Shown here: in pieces, positions 1-11,891 of the stretch
Layout: each line of letters opens with the position of its first letter
How positions within the stretch are numbered: position 1 is the stretch's first letter
Assembly (NCBI RefSeq): GCF_028641065.1
Contig: NC_073387.1
Span: 17,112,001 to 17,176,000, forward strand
DNA length: 64,000 nt
DNA from: Leucoraja erinacea
Lineage: Eukaryota
Reading direction: 5' to 3'
Translations under genes and position numbers: made by a program
Notes under the pieces: generated by a model
Databases searched by the model: none
What the model was told of the DNA's origin: nothing
What the model saw: only the letters and a program-made list of their open reading frames with translations

Positions 1-556
1 AACATTTGTCAGAATATGAAAGATTTCTCACAACCTAAGCAAATTCCGAGGAAGGTTCTTGCAGTGTCAGTGAAATGTTTTTTTTTCTCGCTTCTTTTAC
101 CATGGTAACATATAATATTTCAGTGTTCAGTAATACTTTCAGCATTTGAATGTGTTTCTTTATATTTATGATTCTGGCAATATTAAAAATAGAAGCACTC
201 AGTCAGCACGAAATAAACACTTTCTCTCTAAGTGTGCACTATCACCGACTACAGTGAGAGCTACGCTATAGTTTTGGTACTCCATGTTAAGTTACATGTA
301 TTTTAACCTAAAGACCCTTAAACTTGAATGAAGATCTCAGAAATCAGATCATGTAGCATCAGATTCATGCGTGCCACACCATCCGGTTCAAAATAAAAGG
401 GACAACCAATTAATAAAAGGAGGCTTCATATACTTGAATGAAAGGGTGTCTAATAACAGGTTCAAGATGGGCGTATATATGGCATGCCAGTTTACATAGG
501 TCAGGGCATTGAATATAAGAGTCAAGAAGTCATTATGCAGCTCTATACCACTTAAT

Positions 557-688
557 GTGGAGGAAGGAACTGCAAATGTTGGTTTATACTGAAGATAGAC
601 ACAACATGCTGAAACATCGCCTATTCTTTTTCTCCAGAGATGCTGCCTGACCCATTGATGTTACTCCAGGTTTTTTGTGTCTATCCTA
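557..688. mobile_element. Penelope-like terminal-repeat fragment (partial fold-back)
   Basis: GAAGGAACTGCA..GATAGACACAA..TGCTG followed by the inverted ..CTCCAGAGATGCTGCCTGACCC..GTTACTCCAG..TGTGTCT; same family as the 3' end of the Penelope GIY-YIG fragment at 36969-37495. Confidence 0.6.
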
Positions 689-1028
689 CTGTTTACATCA
701 CCACTACTGTTTGCATAACAGTTATTCTCTGGGCAATTCAAGACATTCCCATTCAATCCCTCCCCCCCTTTCTCAGCAATATAAACTGCACCTTCTTTCT
801 GAGGTTTTCTTTATTCATGGTGACTGACCTGAAACACAAACATTGTCTTTCTCTCCTCAGATACTTCCTGGCCTGCTCAATATTCCCAGCCGTTTCTGTT
901 AATATTTCAGTTCTTTCAGTGATGTGGCAGAGGCGTGGTAAGCATTTGAGTTCCTGATGGGGTTGATTATCATTTATAGGCTCAAATGTAAGCTCAAAGA
1001 GGCAAGGATAACAGATATCAAATACTAA

Positions 1029-1529
1029 TTGAAAGGCAGCAGAGAAGATATACAAGGATGTTACCAGGACTTGAGGACCCGAACTATAGGGAGAGGTTGA
1101 ACAGGCTAGAACTTTATTCCTTGGAGTGCAGGAAGATAAGAGGTGATCTTATACAGTTGCACAAAATAATGAGATAAATAGACCAGGTAGATGCACAGAG
1201 TCTCTTGCCCAGAGTAGGGGAATCAAGAACCAGAGGACATAGGTTTTAGATGAGGGTGGAAAGATTTAATAGGAACCTGAGGGGTAACTTTTTCACACAA
1301 AGGGTGGTGAGTGTATTTCTGGAGGAAGTAGTTTGAACTTCTGGAGGAAGTAGTTGAGACAGGTACTATCGTAACATTTAAGAAACATTTAGATAGGTCC
1401 ATGGATAGGACAGGTTTAGAGGGATATGGGCCAAATGTAGGAAAGTGTGACTAGTGTCGAGGGGACATGTAGGCCGGCATGTGCAAGTTGGGCCAAATGG
1501 CCTGTTTCCACTCCGTGAGACTCTATGAC
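1029..1529 (+). mobile_element. CR1 LINE 3' fragment (HER1-like)
   Basis: Degraded RT C-terminus (LYSLE.R..RGDL, SRTRGH motifs) and a 3' tail GGGCC...GGCCTGTTTCC..GACTCTATGAC shared with the HE1 SINE tail. Confidence 0.85.
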
Positions 1530-1605
1530 ATATATTTTCTAGTAGACGCAAGGAATTGCAGGTTTTACAACAGCTCAGGCAGACATAGATAGGTGACGTT
1601 TTGGA

Positions 1606-1923
1606 TTTAGTTTAGTTTAGAGATACAGCATGGAAACAGGCCTTTCGGCCCATTGAGTCCGTGCCAACCAGTGATCCCCGCACATTAAAACTATCCTACA
1701 CACATTAGGGACGATTTACATTTATAGAAAGCCAATTAACGTTCATACCTGTACGTCTTTGGGCTGTGAGAGGAAACCGAAGATTTCAGAGCAAATCCTC
1801 CAGGTCATGGGGTCAACGTAAAAGCTCCGTACACACCACACCCATAGGCGGGATCGAACCCGGGTCTCTGGCGGTGAAAGTGCTGTAAGGCAGAAACTCT
1901 ATCGCTGTGCTACAGTGCCGGCC
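1606..1923 (-). mobile_element. HE1-type tRNA-derived V-SINE, full length
   Basis: Reverse complement has a tRNA-like head (B box GGTTCGATCC), a V-domain, a CR1-like 3' tail and an (AAACT)n end. Confidence 0.85.
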
Positions 1924-2142
1924 AGTTGGGTCCCTTAATCCTGACTGAAGTAGTAGTTGGGAGTAGTGGATACAGGTGAGGGGGGTGGATTGGCAGATGC
2001 TTGGAAATAGGCCAGAGATAAAAAGAATCAGATTCAGATTATTTTATTGTCATATACATCAGGGTAAATTAATCCCTTGGTTGACACGGAGTTTAAAGGG
2101 TAAATGGTATGCATGGTAATGATTGATACAACAATAAATAAG

Positions 2143-2362
2143 TATAGTGGTGCAGGAGTAGAGTTGCAGCCTTACAGTGCCAGATACCCTGGTTCAATCC
2201 TGACTATGGGTGCTGTATTTGTGGAGTTTGCACATTGTTCCAATGATCATGTGGTTTTTTGAGGGATTCTCCGGTTTCCTCACACACCCCCACAACCTAT
2301 AGGTTTGAAGGTTAATTGGCTTCTGAAAATTGTAAATTGTCCCTAGTGTGTAGGGTAGTTAG
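2143..2362 (+). mobile_element. HE1-type SINE, 3'-truncated
   Basis: GTGGTGCAG..GTAGAGTTG..GGTTCAATCC head and GTGGAGTTTGCAC...CCGGTTTCCTC V-domain. Confidence 0.8.
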
Positions 2363-2651
2363 CGAAAAAACTATACATGATTACAATCAAGCCATCCAAA
2401 GTATGTGATGGAGCCAGCAGGGGTGAGGGGATGCTGCTTGGTGGGACTTTCTTTCCCTGTTCCAAATGACCATAAAATATATTGAGCTAATCCAGTAGAG
2501 ATGCATCAGTGCCAGAGATTGACCCCAATTTTAACGTAGCCCAAATTATTCCAGATTTCTTCATTTCACAATTTATATCCACCAGCTATTTTAGAGGGAT
2601 TTGAATTCATCTGTGGATCATTCATCCTGTCCCTTGAACTCAGATTGGGTT

Positions 2652-4070
2652 ATAGAAACATATAGAAACAGAAAATAGGTGCAGGAAGAGGCCATTCGGC
2701 CCTTCAAGCTAGCACCGCCATTCATTGTGATCATGTCTGATCGTCCCCAATCAATAACCCGTGCCTGCCTTCTCCCCATATCCCTTGATTCCACTAGCCC
2801 CTAGAGCTCTATCTAACTCTCTCTTAAATCCATCCTGTGATTTGACCTCCACTGCCCTCTGTGGCAGGGAATTTCACAAATTCACAACTCTCTGGGTGAA
2901 AACGTTTTTTTCTCACCTCAGTCTTAAATTACCTCCCCTTTATTCTAAGACTTTGGCCCCTGGTTTTGGACTCGCACATCATGGGGAACATTTTTCCTGC
3001 ATCTAGCTTGTCCAGTCCTTTTATAATTTTATATGTTTCTATAAAATATCCCCTCATCCTTCTAAACTCCAGTGAATACAGGCATAGTCTTTTCAATCTT
3101 TTCTCATATGACAGTCCCGCCATCCCAGGGATCAATCTTGTGAACCTACGCTGAACTGCCTCGATCACAAGGATGTCCTCCCTCAAATTAGGAGACCAAA
3201 ACTGTACACAATACTCTAGATGTTGTTTCACCAGAGCCCTATACAACTGCAGAAGAACCTCTTTACTCCTATACTGAAATCCTCTTGTTATGAAGGGCAA
3301 CATTCCATTAGCTTTCTTCACTGCCTGCTGTATCTGTAAGCCAACTTTCAGTGACCGGTGTACAAGGACACCCAGGTCTCGCTGCACCTCCCCCTTACCT
3401 AACCTAACCTAACCCCATTGAGATAATAATCTGCCCCCTTGTTTTTGCCACCAAAGTGGATAACCTCACATTTATCTATATTATACCGCATCTGCCACGC
3501 ATCTGCCCACTCACTCAAACTGTCCAGGTCACCCTGCAACCTCCTAACATGCTCTTCACAGTTCACACTGCCAACCAGCTTTGTGTCATCCGCAAACTTG
3601 CTAGTGTTGCTCCTAATTCCCTCTTCCAAATCATTAACATATATGGTAAACAGTTGTGGCCCCAACACCGAGCCTTGCGGCACTCCATTTTACTTGTCAC
3701 ATCCTCAAAAAATTCCAGAAGATTAGTGAAGCATGATTTCCCTTTCATAAATCCTTGCTGACTTGGACTAATCCTTTTACTGCTATCCAAATGCCCCGTT
3801 ATTATCTCTTTAATAATTGGGTCCAGCATCTTTCCCACCACCAAAGTCAGGCTAACTGGTCTGTAATTCCCCATTTTCTCTCTTGCTCCTTTCTTGAAAA
3901 GTGGGATAACATTAGCTATCCTCCAATCCACAGGAACTGATCCTGAATCTATTGAACATTGGGAAATGATCACCAATGTGTCCACTATTTCTAGAGCCAT
4001 CTCCCTGAGACCATCAGGTCCAGGGGATTTATCATCCTTCAGTCCCATTAGCCTACCCAATACTATTTCT
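2652..4070 (-). mobile_element. CR1 LINE, 5'-truncated, RT pseudogene
   Basis: ORFs 3563-4138, 3399-3683 and 2929-3387 give KSPGPDG, NYRPVSLT, PQGSVLGPQLF, KFADDTKL and HLEYCVQFWSP (CR1 RT) in shifted frames; (GTTTCTAT)n tail at 2652-2670. Confidence 0.95.
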
Positions 4071-4527
4071 GAACTCAAACTTTCTGAACTTGCTACATTT
4101 CTATCCACCAAATTTTGGGCAGCAGTATGTTTGTGCATTCAGAGATAAATCACTGCAGGTAGTCCCTGGGTTACCTCAATATGCTGTTCCTGAGAACTGT
4201 CCAAAAGCTAACTGCTCAGTAAGTCAGAAATGGTCATTTTCTGCAGTAACTCATTTTGTAACTTTCTATAAACACTTGGTATAATTCTTATATTTAATTG
4301 AATATTCAACCCTATCACTATCCATAATTAAACTAATAGAATGTAGGTACTGTGTTGTCACTAATAATTGCAGTGAAACATTATTATTAATATTATTATG
4401 ATTATTATCATTATTATTATTACAAGCTTGAAAAATGCTTTAAAAAGTGAGATTTAAGTAGGTCAGGCCACTTGTAATTTGGGTATCCCCTGTATTAATC
4501 AAAAGGTAAGGTGAACGATCCGGAGAT

Positions 4528-4880
4528 ATAAGGTCAGAAGGTCATAAGGAATAGGAGTAGAATTTGGCAATTTGGCCCATAAAGTATACTCTGCCATTCA
4601 ATCATGGCTGATCTATCTATCCTTCATAACCCCATTCTCCTGCCTTCTCCCCACTACTTTTGACACCTGTACTAATCAAGAATCTATCTACCTCTGCCTT
4701 AAATATATCCATTGAAACGGCCTCCACAGCCTTCTGAGGCAAAGAATTCCACAGATTCACCACCCTCTGACTAAAGACATTTCTCCTCATCTCCTTCCTA
4801 AAAGCACGTCCTTTAATTCTGAGGCTATGACATCTAGTCCTAGACTCTCCCACTGCTGAAAACTTCCTCTCCCCGTCCAA
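4528..4880 (-). mobile_element. CR1 LINE 3' fragment
   Basis: ESRTRCHSLRIKG...FSQRVVNLWNSLP in ORF 4617-5000; CTTATGAC-type tail. Confidence 0.85.
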
Positions 4881-4892
4881 CCATATCCAAAC

Positions 4893-5207
4893 ACTGTGGA
4901 ACAGTGGAACAGCTGGTAGAGCTGCTAACTCACAGTGCCAGAGACCTGGGTTTGATCCTAACCTCGGGTGCTGGCTGCATAGAGTTTGCACATTCTTCAC
5001 TGTGATTGAGTGTTTCCTCCAGGTACTCTAATTTTCACAAAGACATGGAGGTTTGTAGTTTAATCAGTCTCTGTAAATTGCCCCCCCCCCCCCCCCCCCC
5101 CCCCCCGTCCGCGTGGAAGTGGGATAATACAGAACAGGTGTGAACGTGTGGCCAATGAGCAGCATGGATGCGATGGGCTGAACAGCCTCTTACCATGTTT
5201 TTTCTCA
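4893..5207 (+). mobile_element. HE1-type SINE containing a poly-C run
   Basis: tRNA-like head and V-domain; C-run at 5081-5106; degraded CR1-like tail. Confidence 0.7.
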
Positions 5208-6045
5208 AAGCTAATCTATACTGCAACAGGCCCTGCAGCCCTCAGAGCCCATGCTAACCATCAATGACCCATTTAATCTAATCCAAAATGTTTTAAAAGT
5301 TCTATCTTCAATCCCAAGAATTCCACCCAGAAACTATCAATTATCGAAGGACACTTTTTCGGATGTGGCAGGAAACCAGAGCAGCCAGAATGAGTTACTG
5401 CAGAATATGCAAACTCCACATAGACAGCAATGGAAGTCACAATTGAATTTGGGTTTGCTGGAGCTGTGACGTTTTATTAATTTCTGTATTATGATGAGGA
5501 TTATCCTTCCCCATCTACTTTACTGGTATCCGCTCATGTTGCAGAAACTACCAATGGGCTGCAGCCATACCCGGCAACAGGCCTGGCTTGCCCACCGCAG
5601 AATCAGGAACCCGCCTATAGAGGGAGCTGCCGAGCCCGGCTCCTTCTCATCCTCGCCTATTGTAGAGGTCATAGCCTCAGAATTTAAGGACGTCCCTTTA
5701 GGAGAGAGATGAGGAGAAATGTCTTTAATCAGATGGTGGAGAACCAGAGATGAGAGTGGAGGGAATCAGTGACGGCGGTGTTCTCTGGAACGCCGGTAAG
5801 AAGAACTGAGGGTCTTACCTTCCGCGCCCTCACAGTCAATTGCGGGAGGTGCCCCCAGGGCACAAATGCTGAAGGTGGTCGGGCGAGGAGAGGGAAGACG
5901 GTGTGCTGGCAATCCGGATTGTGGCCACGGATGCAATGGGCCTCTATGGCCAGCTGCAGCTTGGGTTTTGAAAACGGCACTAAAACACGATATGTCTCGT
6001 ATATGGACTCAGTGGGCAGTTTCTGTACATTTGTTACTTAATTAC

Positions 6046-7345
6046 CTATCTGGACCTATCTGCCGCCTTCGACACTGTGGATCATGGAATATTAATTTCC
6101 CGATTACAGCAACAAGTGGGCATCTGTGGCAGTGCCCTGGGATGGTTTAGGTCCTATCTGGCAGATAGAACCATGCGTGTAAGCCTTGGTGGCCTTGAAT
6201 CCTCCTCTGCTCCCTTGGCATATGGGGTTCCACAGGGCTCAATTTTAGGGCCCCTGCTTTTCTCCCTTTATCTACTTCCACTGGGCTCAATTTTAAGAAG
6301 GCATGGCATCTCCTTTCACTTTTACGCGGATGATAGCCAGTTGTACATGCCACTCAGGAAAGAAGATAATTATTCCCTAAAATCACTTCTGTCTTGTCTT
6401 GAGGACATTAAGTCCTGGATGGCCTTAAACTTTCTGGGACTTAACGAAAAAAAGACAGAAGTGATTTTGTTCGGCCCTAATGGCTGCCGTGAACCTCCCT
6501 CTGTTGACTTGGGTCCACTTGCAGTGTTCGTAAAGCCAACAGTTTTACACCTGGGTTTTATGATGCACGGTGATTTTAAATTAGATAAACAAATAGGCGC
6601 AGTGGTTAAGTCCAGCTTCTTTCACCTAAGGAAGCTGGCAAAGGTGAAGCCTATTCTCGAGCGGCAGCATTTTGAAACAGTAATTCACGCCTTTATTTCA
6701 TCTCGGCTGGATTACTGTAATGCGCTCTACACTGGAGTCTCACGAGCTTCGTTGGCTCGTCTCCAGTTGGTCCAAAATGCTGCCGCTCGCCTTTTAACCG
6801 GAACTCGAAAGAGGGAGCACATTACGCCAATTTTGGCCTCCCTTCACTGGCTTCCAGTGCACTTTCGAGTTCATTTTAAAATTCTTTTATTTGTTTTTAA
6901 ATCATTGAATGGCCTCGCCCCGCCTTACCTCTCTGAGCTGCTCCACCTATATGCTCCTACCCGGTGCCTCAGGTCAGCGGATCAGCTGCTCCTTGAGGTA
7001 CCAAGGTCTAAGCGGAAGCTCAGAGGGGATAGAGCCTTTTCTGTTGCTGCCCCGGCACTCTGGAACACCTTGCCGCTGCAGATCAGACAGGCCCCTTCAC
7101 TGTCCATCTTCAAATCCTCCCTAAAAACTCACTTTTATTCACTGGCTTTCGACACTGGCTGAGACATTGTTCCTGTTTTAGTGCTTTTAATGTCTTTTAA
7201 TTTTTTACTGTTTTTATAGTCCTGTCGTCTTAATGGTTTTAGTAGTTTGTAATAACTTTTTGTTGATTTCCCATGTACAGCACTTTGTGGTAACTGATGT
7301 TGTCTAAAAGCGCTTTATAAATAAAGTTATTATTATTATTATTAT
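6046..7345 (+). mobile_element. L2-clade LINE, 5'-truncated
   Basis: RT motifs LDLSAAFDTVDH, GVPQGSILGPLLFSLY and HFYADDSQLY; L2 C-terminus SRLDYCN, LQLVQNAAAR and LHWLPV; 3' end CAGCACTTTG..AAAGCGCTTTATAAATAAA then a (TTA)n tail. Confidence 0.95.
6077..7162 (+). CDS. L2 LINE ORF2 reverse transcriptase, C-terminal 361 aa (uninterrupted but 5'-truncated)
   Basis: ORF track 6077-7162; catalytic YADD motif and no internal stops. Confidence 0.85.
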   Translation: MDHGILISRLQQQVGICGSALGWFRSYLADRTMRVSLGGLESSSAPLAYGVPQGSILGPLLFSLYLLPLGSILRRHGISFHFYADDSQLYMPLRKEDNYSLKSLLSCLEDIKSWMALNFLGLNEKKTEVILFGPNGCREPPSVDLGPLAVFVKPTVLHLGFMMHGDFKLDKQIGAVVKSSFFHLRKLAKVKPILERQHFETVIHAFISSRLDYCNALYTGVSRASLARLQLVQNAAARLLTGTRKREHITPILASLHWLPVHFRVHFKILLFVFKSLNGLAPPYLSELLHLYAPTRCLRSADQLLLEVPRSKRKLRGDRAFSVAAPALWNTLPLQIRQAPSLSIFKSSLKTHFYSLAFDTG

Positions 7346-7355
7346 AATTGGGGAT

Positions 7356-7665
7356 TCATAAGTGATAGAAGCAGAATTAGGCCATTGACTCATCAAGTCT
7401 ATTCTGCAATTCAATTGTGGCTGAGCTATCTTTCCCTCTCAACCTCATTCACCTGCTTTCTCCCCGTACTAATCGAGAATCTAACAATCTTTGCCTTAAA
7501 AATATCCATTGGATGCCTCCACAGCCATCTGTGGCAATGAATTCCACAGATTCCCACTCTCTGAAATCCCCCCTCATCTCCTTCTTATTCTGAGGCTGTG
7601 TCCTCTGGTCCGAGACTCTCCCATTAGTGGAAACATCCTCTCCACGTCCACTCTATCCAGGCTTA
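7356..7665 (-). mobile_element. CR1 LINE 3' fragment
   Basis: TTCATAAG tail, GCAGAATTAGGCCATT, CTCCACAGCC..TGTGGCAATGAATTCCACAGATT, CCACTCTATCCAGGC. Confidence 0.8.
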
Positions 7666-7946
7666 TTATTTACATATGCCAATAATATTTCTGAACTGTA
7701 TTAAAAAATGAATTTCACCATTCCTTGGTACAAATGGTAATAAAGAACCATTGCATCTTTTGAGAAAGGTACTAACCTAATCTGGTGTATATGTAACTCC
7801 ATTGCCACAGCAAAGTGATTAACATCTGATTATCCTATCAAATGTCCAATGATGGTTGTCAGATCAAGGATGTTACTGATGGGCAATAATTGTTAGGATG
7901 TCCAGATTACGTAGATGGTCAAAGCTAACCCACTATGGCTGATGCA

Positions 7947-8070
7947 AGGGAATGCAGATTCTGCTTTACAAAAAAAGACATAAAGTGCTGGAATAACTCT
8001 GTGGGTCTGGCAGCATCACTGGAGAGCATGGACAGGTGACATTTCAGGTTGGGTCTCATCTTCAGACTGA
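7947..8070 (-). mobile_element. Penelope-like terminal repeat (hammerhead-like core on -)
   Basis: GACATAAAGTGCTGGAATAACTC..GGCAGCATC..GGTGACATTTCAGGTTGGGTCTCATCTTCAGACTGA. Confidence 0.6.
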
Positions 8071-8163
8071 GTAAAAGGTGGATGAATGGGAGGGAGATTT
8101 GATTGTCAGATGATGGAAAACAGAAGGCTGCAAGTCAAGGAGAGGACAGTGAGGAGAGGACAA

Positions 8164-8498
8164 TGAATAGATCAGGAAGATGCACAGAGACCCTTGCCCA
8201 GAATAGGGGAATCAAGAACCAAGGGACATAGGTTCAAGGTGAGGTGGGAGAGATTTAATAGGAACCTGAGGGCTAACTTTTTCATTGAAAGGGTGGTAAG
8301 TGTATGGGACGAATGGCTGGAAGGGATAGTTGAAGCAGGCAGTATCACAATGCTTAAGAAACATTTAGAAACATTTAGATAGGACAGGTTTAGAGGGATA
8401 AAGGCCAAACACAGACAGTTGGGACTAGGGTGGATGGGACATGCTCGTCGGCATGGGCAAGTTGGGTCGAACTGCCTGTTTCCACTCTCTATGACTAT
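8164..8498 (+). mobile_element. CR1 LINE 3' fragment (HER1-like)
   Basis: PRIGESRTKGHRFKVR...FFIERVVSVW; tail CCTGTTTCCAC.CTCTATGACTATG. Confidence 0.85.
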
Positions 8499-9391
8499 GC
8501 GAGGAGATGTGAATTGTAATGCCAGAGGAGAGGACATATTACACCTGTTCACAATTGAAGACTACACCTGCACCTTAGTTTTATTTGGTGTTGAGTTTTG
8601 CTGCTGAAGACAGAAAGAAGTGAAATGCACCTCTTGTTTTATCTCATATTCATTGTTGCCTCCGCTGACAAGTAGAACGTCCTCAAAGCAATTTTATTTT
8701 TAATTATACTGCACTAACCTTTGATCAGAGAACAAAGCAAATATATAACTGTGGATCTCTGCCTGTCACAGATTACTGCACTGCATACTCACCACATCTG
8801 TCAAGCTGTTGAAACCCACACATTTAATTGTATTTTTAGTGTCACAAGTGGTTGATGTGTGTTTAACTTGCCTGATCTTGTCAGTTATATTGCTATTTTC
8901 GCTATTTCTTTTTCAGGAAGCTTTAATTGTTGATTTTCAAGATTCCATGCATTGATAATCAATGACAGTTAGTTCATTGTGAATCTCGACTTCCATTTTC
9001 AAAGACAAAATTATCTTTTATCTCTAAAATGATTTCCAATGGACTTGTAAATCATGTAGAGAAAAATAACTTGGAGTGATAAGTGCTTCATTTACTCTTA
9101 TGCACAGCTTTCTGATTCCCATGTACATTGTGATGGCTGGTCGAGCTGTTGTCTCACAGCCCCAGTGACTCTGGATCCAATTCTGACGTCCAGTACTGTC
9201 TGTGTGGAGTTTGCATTGTCCATCTGTGACCATGCGGATTTTCTCCAGGTGATCCCGTTTCCATTCACTGCTCAAAAAAAAGTGCTCTTTGGTTGATGAA
9301 TTGGCCACTGTAAATTAGTTTGTGTGAAGGTGCGGAGGAACAAATTGTCAGTTGATTTAGCGAATAAAATGGATTTGCAGTGATTTCTTCC

Positions 9392-10260
9392 AAATGATAT
9401 TGACGCAATGGCCAAGAAAGCACACCAACACCTCGACTTCTGTGGAAGGCTTAGGACATTTGGCATGTCTCCGACAACTCTCACCACTGATGTGCCGAAG
9501 AAAGTATTTTATCGGGATGCATCACAGCATGTTTGGAAACAGCTCCATCCAAGGCGGAAGAATTTGCAGAGAATTGTGGACGCAGTCAGATCTTCACACA
9601 AACCAACCTCCCTTCCGTGGACTCAATTGACACATCATGCTGCCTCGGCAAGGCCACCAGCATAATCACTCTGGTCACTCCTCTTCTCCTGTCTCCCATC
9701 AGGCAAGAGGTACAGAAGTGTGAAAACGCACATATCCAGATTCAGGGACAGTTTCTGCTGGAACTCGGCCTTGGGAACACCATCTGCAAATTGCTTCTGG
9801 ACTTCTTGACTGTCAGACCTCGGTTGTTTAGAATTGTTCTTCACATGTAGCTAGCTGACTTTCAACACTGGTACCACTGCGTGTGCAGTCTTTGCTCCTG
9901 TCCCTGTATACAGGGCTGTGTGATCAAGTACAACACTGACTACAATCTTGTCGGAAGGAACTGCAGATGCTGGTTTAAACCAAAGATAGACACAAAATAC
10001 TGGAGTAACTCAGCAGAACAGGCGGCATCTCTGGATAGAAAGAATGGGTGACATTTTGGGTCAAGAAGGGATGCTGCCTATCCCGCTGAGTTACTCCAGC
10101 ATTTTGTGACTGACTCTATGTTTATGTTTGCTGATGTTTATCACTGCTGTGGCTGGATCAATAATAATGATGAGACAAAGTACAGGACAGGGATTGAGAA
10201 CCTTGTGTCATGTGACAGGATAACAACCTAGCCCTTCACGTTCTAAGGAGAAAGTGGTGA
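9392..10260 (+). mobile_element. Rex1/Babar LINE fragments (rearranged, interrupted by a Penelope fold-back)
   Basis: AKKAHQHLDFCGRLRTFGMSPTTL (Rex1 C-terminus), LELGLGNTICKLLLDFLT.RP, and a degraded FAD....NNDET.YR motif near 10125-10230. Confidence 0.7.
9953..10108. mobile_element. Penelope-like terminal-repeat fold-back pair
   Basis: CACAAAATACTGGAGTAACTCAGC..GGCATC is mirrored by GATGCTGCC..GCTGAGTTACTCCAGCATTTTGTG. Confidence 0.7.
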
Positions 10261-10384
10261 TCATTGATACAATGAAGCAATTGACCTAATTGACCCAATT
10301 GACCCAGTTGATCAACCCACAATAAAGATAAACCTCAGCAAACATAAAGATAGAGTTGGTGTTCTGATGTTCTGATCCACTGGG

Positions 10385-10650
10385 TTTAGTTTAGTTTAGT
10401 TTAGTTTAGAGATACAGCGCAGAACAGGCCCTTCGTCCCACCGAGTACGCACCGATCAATGATCACCGCACATTAACACACACTAGGGACAATTTCCACA
10501 TACCAATTAACCTACAAACCTGTATCTTTGGAATGTGGGAGAAAGCCAAAGATCTCGGAGAAAACCCATGCATGTCACGGGGAGAGCCTACAAATTCCGT
10601 ACAGATAGCACACGTAGTTCGAACCCGGGTCTCTACCGTTGCGCCACCAT
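10385..10650 (-). mobile_element. HE1-type SINE
   Basis: (GTTTA)n tail, GATACAGCGC..AACAGGCCCTTCG, V-domain and B box on the minus strand. Confidence 0.85.
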
Positions 10651-10828
10651 TACTCCAGCAGTTAGTGTCTCTTTGGAATTAGTGCAGGTGGATAAGAGTT
10701 GGTCTGAGGATTCTGGTTCACACAGACTTTGTTGGCCAGGGGGGCTGTTCTTGTGCTGTAATGTTCTATGTTCCATGTATTTTGTTGTTTTGCATTAATC
10801 AATGTTATACTTATCATTACTTTTTTCG

Positions 10829-11123
10829 TTTAGTTTAGAGATACAACGTGGAACCAGGCCCTTCGGCCCACCAAGTCAGCACTGACCAGATATCCCCACA
10901 CACTAACAATATCCTACACATACTAGGGACAATTTTACATTTATACAAAGCCAATTAACTGACAAACCTGGACGTCTTTGGAGTGTGGGAGGAAACCGAA
11001 GATCTCGGAGAAAATCCACGCAGGTCACGGGGAGAATGTACAACTCCGTACAGACAAGCACCCTTAGTCAGGATCGAACCCAGGTCTCTAGCGCTGCAAG
11101 GCAGTAGCTCTGCATTGCCACCC
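10829..11123 (-). mobile_element. HE1-type SINE, full length
   Basis: Same consensus as 1606-1923. Confidence 0.85.
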
Positions 11124-11244
11124 TTAGTATACTGTACGTATACTCTTTACCCTGTGACTTTCATGTGAATAAGAAATTTCACTGTAACTTAGTTTACATG
11201 TTAATAGGCTAATCTATATTATCCAATATCCTAATGCTGTGCTT

Positions 11245-11390
11245 GGGAACCTTGCCCTGCCATAACTAGCACCTGTGTTTGTTACATTGCTAACAGCGAC
11301 TGCATCTCAAATGTACTTATTCACCTTCAAGGCACTGATGGAACTCCTGAGGTTATTGAAGGTGCGTTTATCATTACAATTCTTTCTTTC
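11245..11390 (+). mobile_element. Ancient Deu-SINE/LF-SINE-like relic (3' part)
   Basis: Degenerate match to the tail consensus I recall (GTTTCCTACATTACAACAGTGACTACACTTCAAAAGTACTT...TCCTGAGGTCGTGAAAGGCGCTAT..TCTTTCTTT). Confidence 0.45.
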
Positions 11391-11891
11391 CACACCATAG
11401 AGGCCAACAGCTGAATCCCACCAGACACCTGAATCTAGCCTCAAAATATACATAATGTTGAAATAAACAATTGCCAATTTTGCTAAAGTAGCAAAAGAAC
11501 ATCCTGCACATGCACTAACTGGCTCATTATCACACTGTGTGTCATTCCACCAAGATAACCTTGTACCTCAGTAAAAATAGCTATTTGTCACAGAATGCAC
11601 ATTATAAATGTGCTGGCATCATTGGGAATACAAAAAGAAACAGGATTGCAAAACTATAATTAGAACTGCTTATGTCATGACAAACAAAACCTGCGTAACA
11701 GCAGCAATTTGTTGTATTGGTCACATTCATAATTGTCGATCTTCTGCCTGAAATCACGTTTAATATGCATGAGTTTCAGAACTGCATGTGATATGTCACG
11801 TTATGTCAATCTGCCTTTCACATAGCAAGATGAGGCACACAAAGCGACATTGGATATGGGTGCGCTGTGAAACCAGAGTAGAATGATTGAT

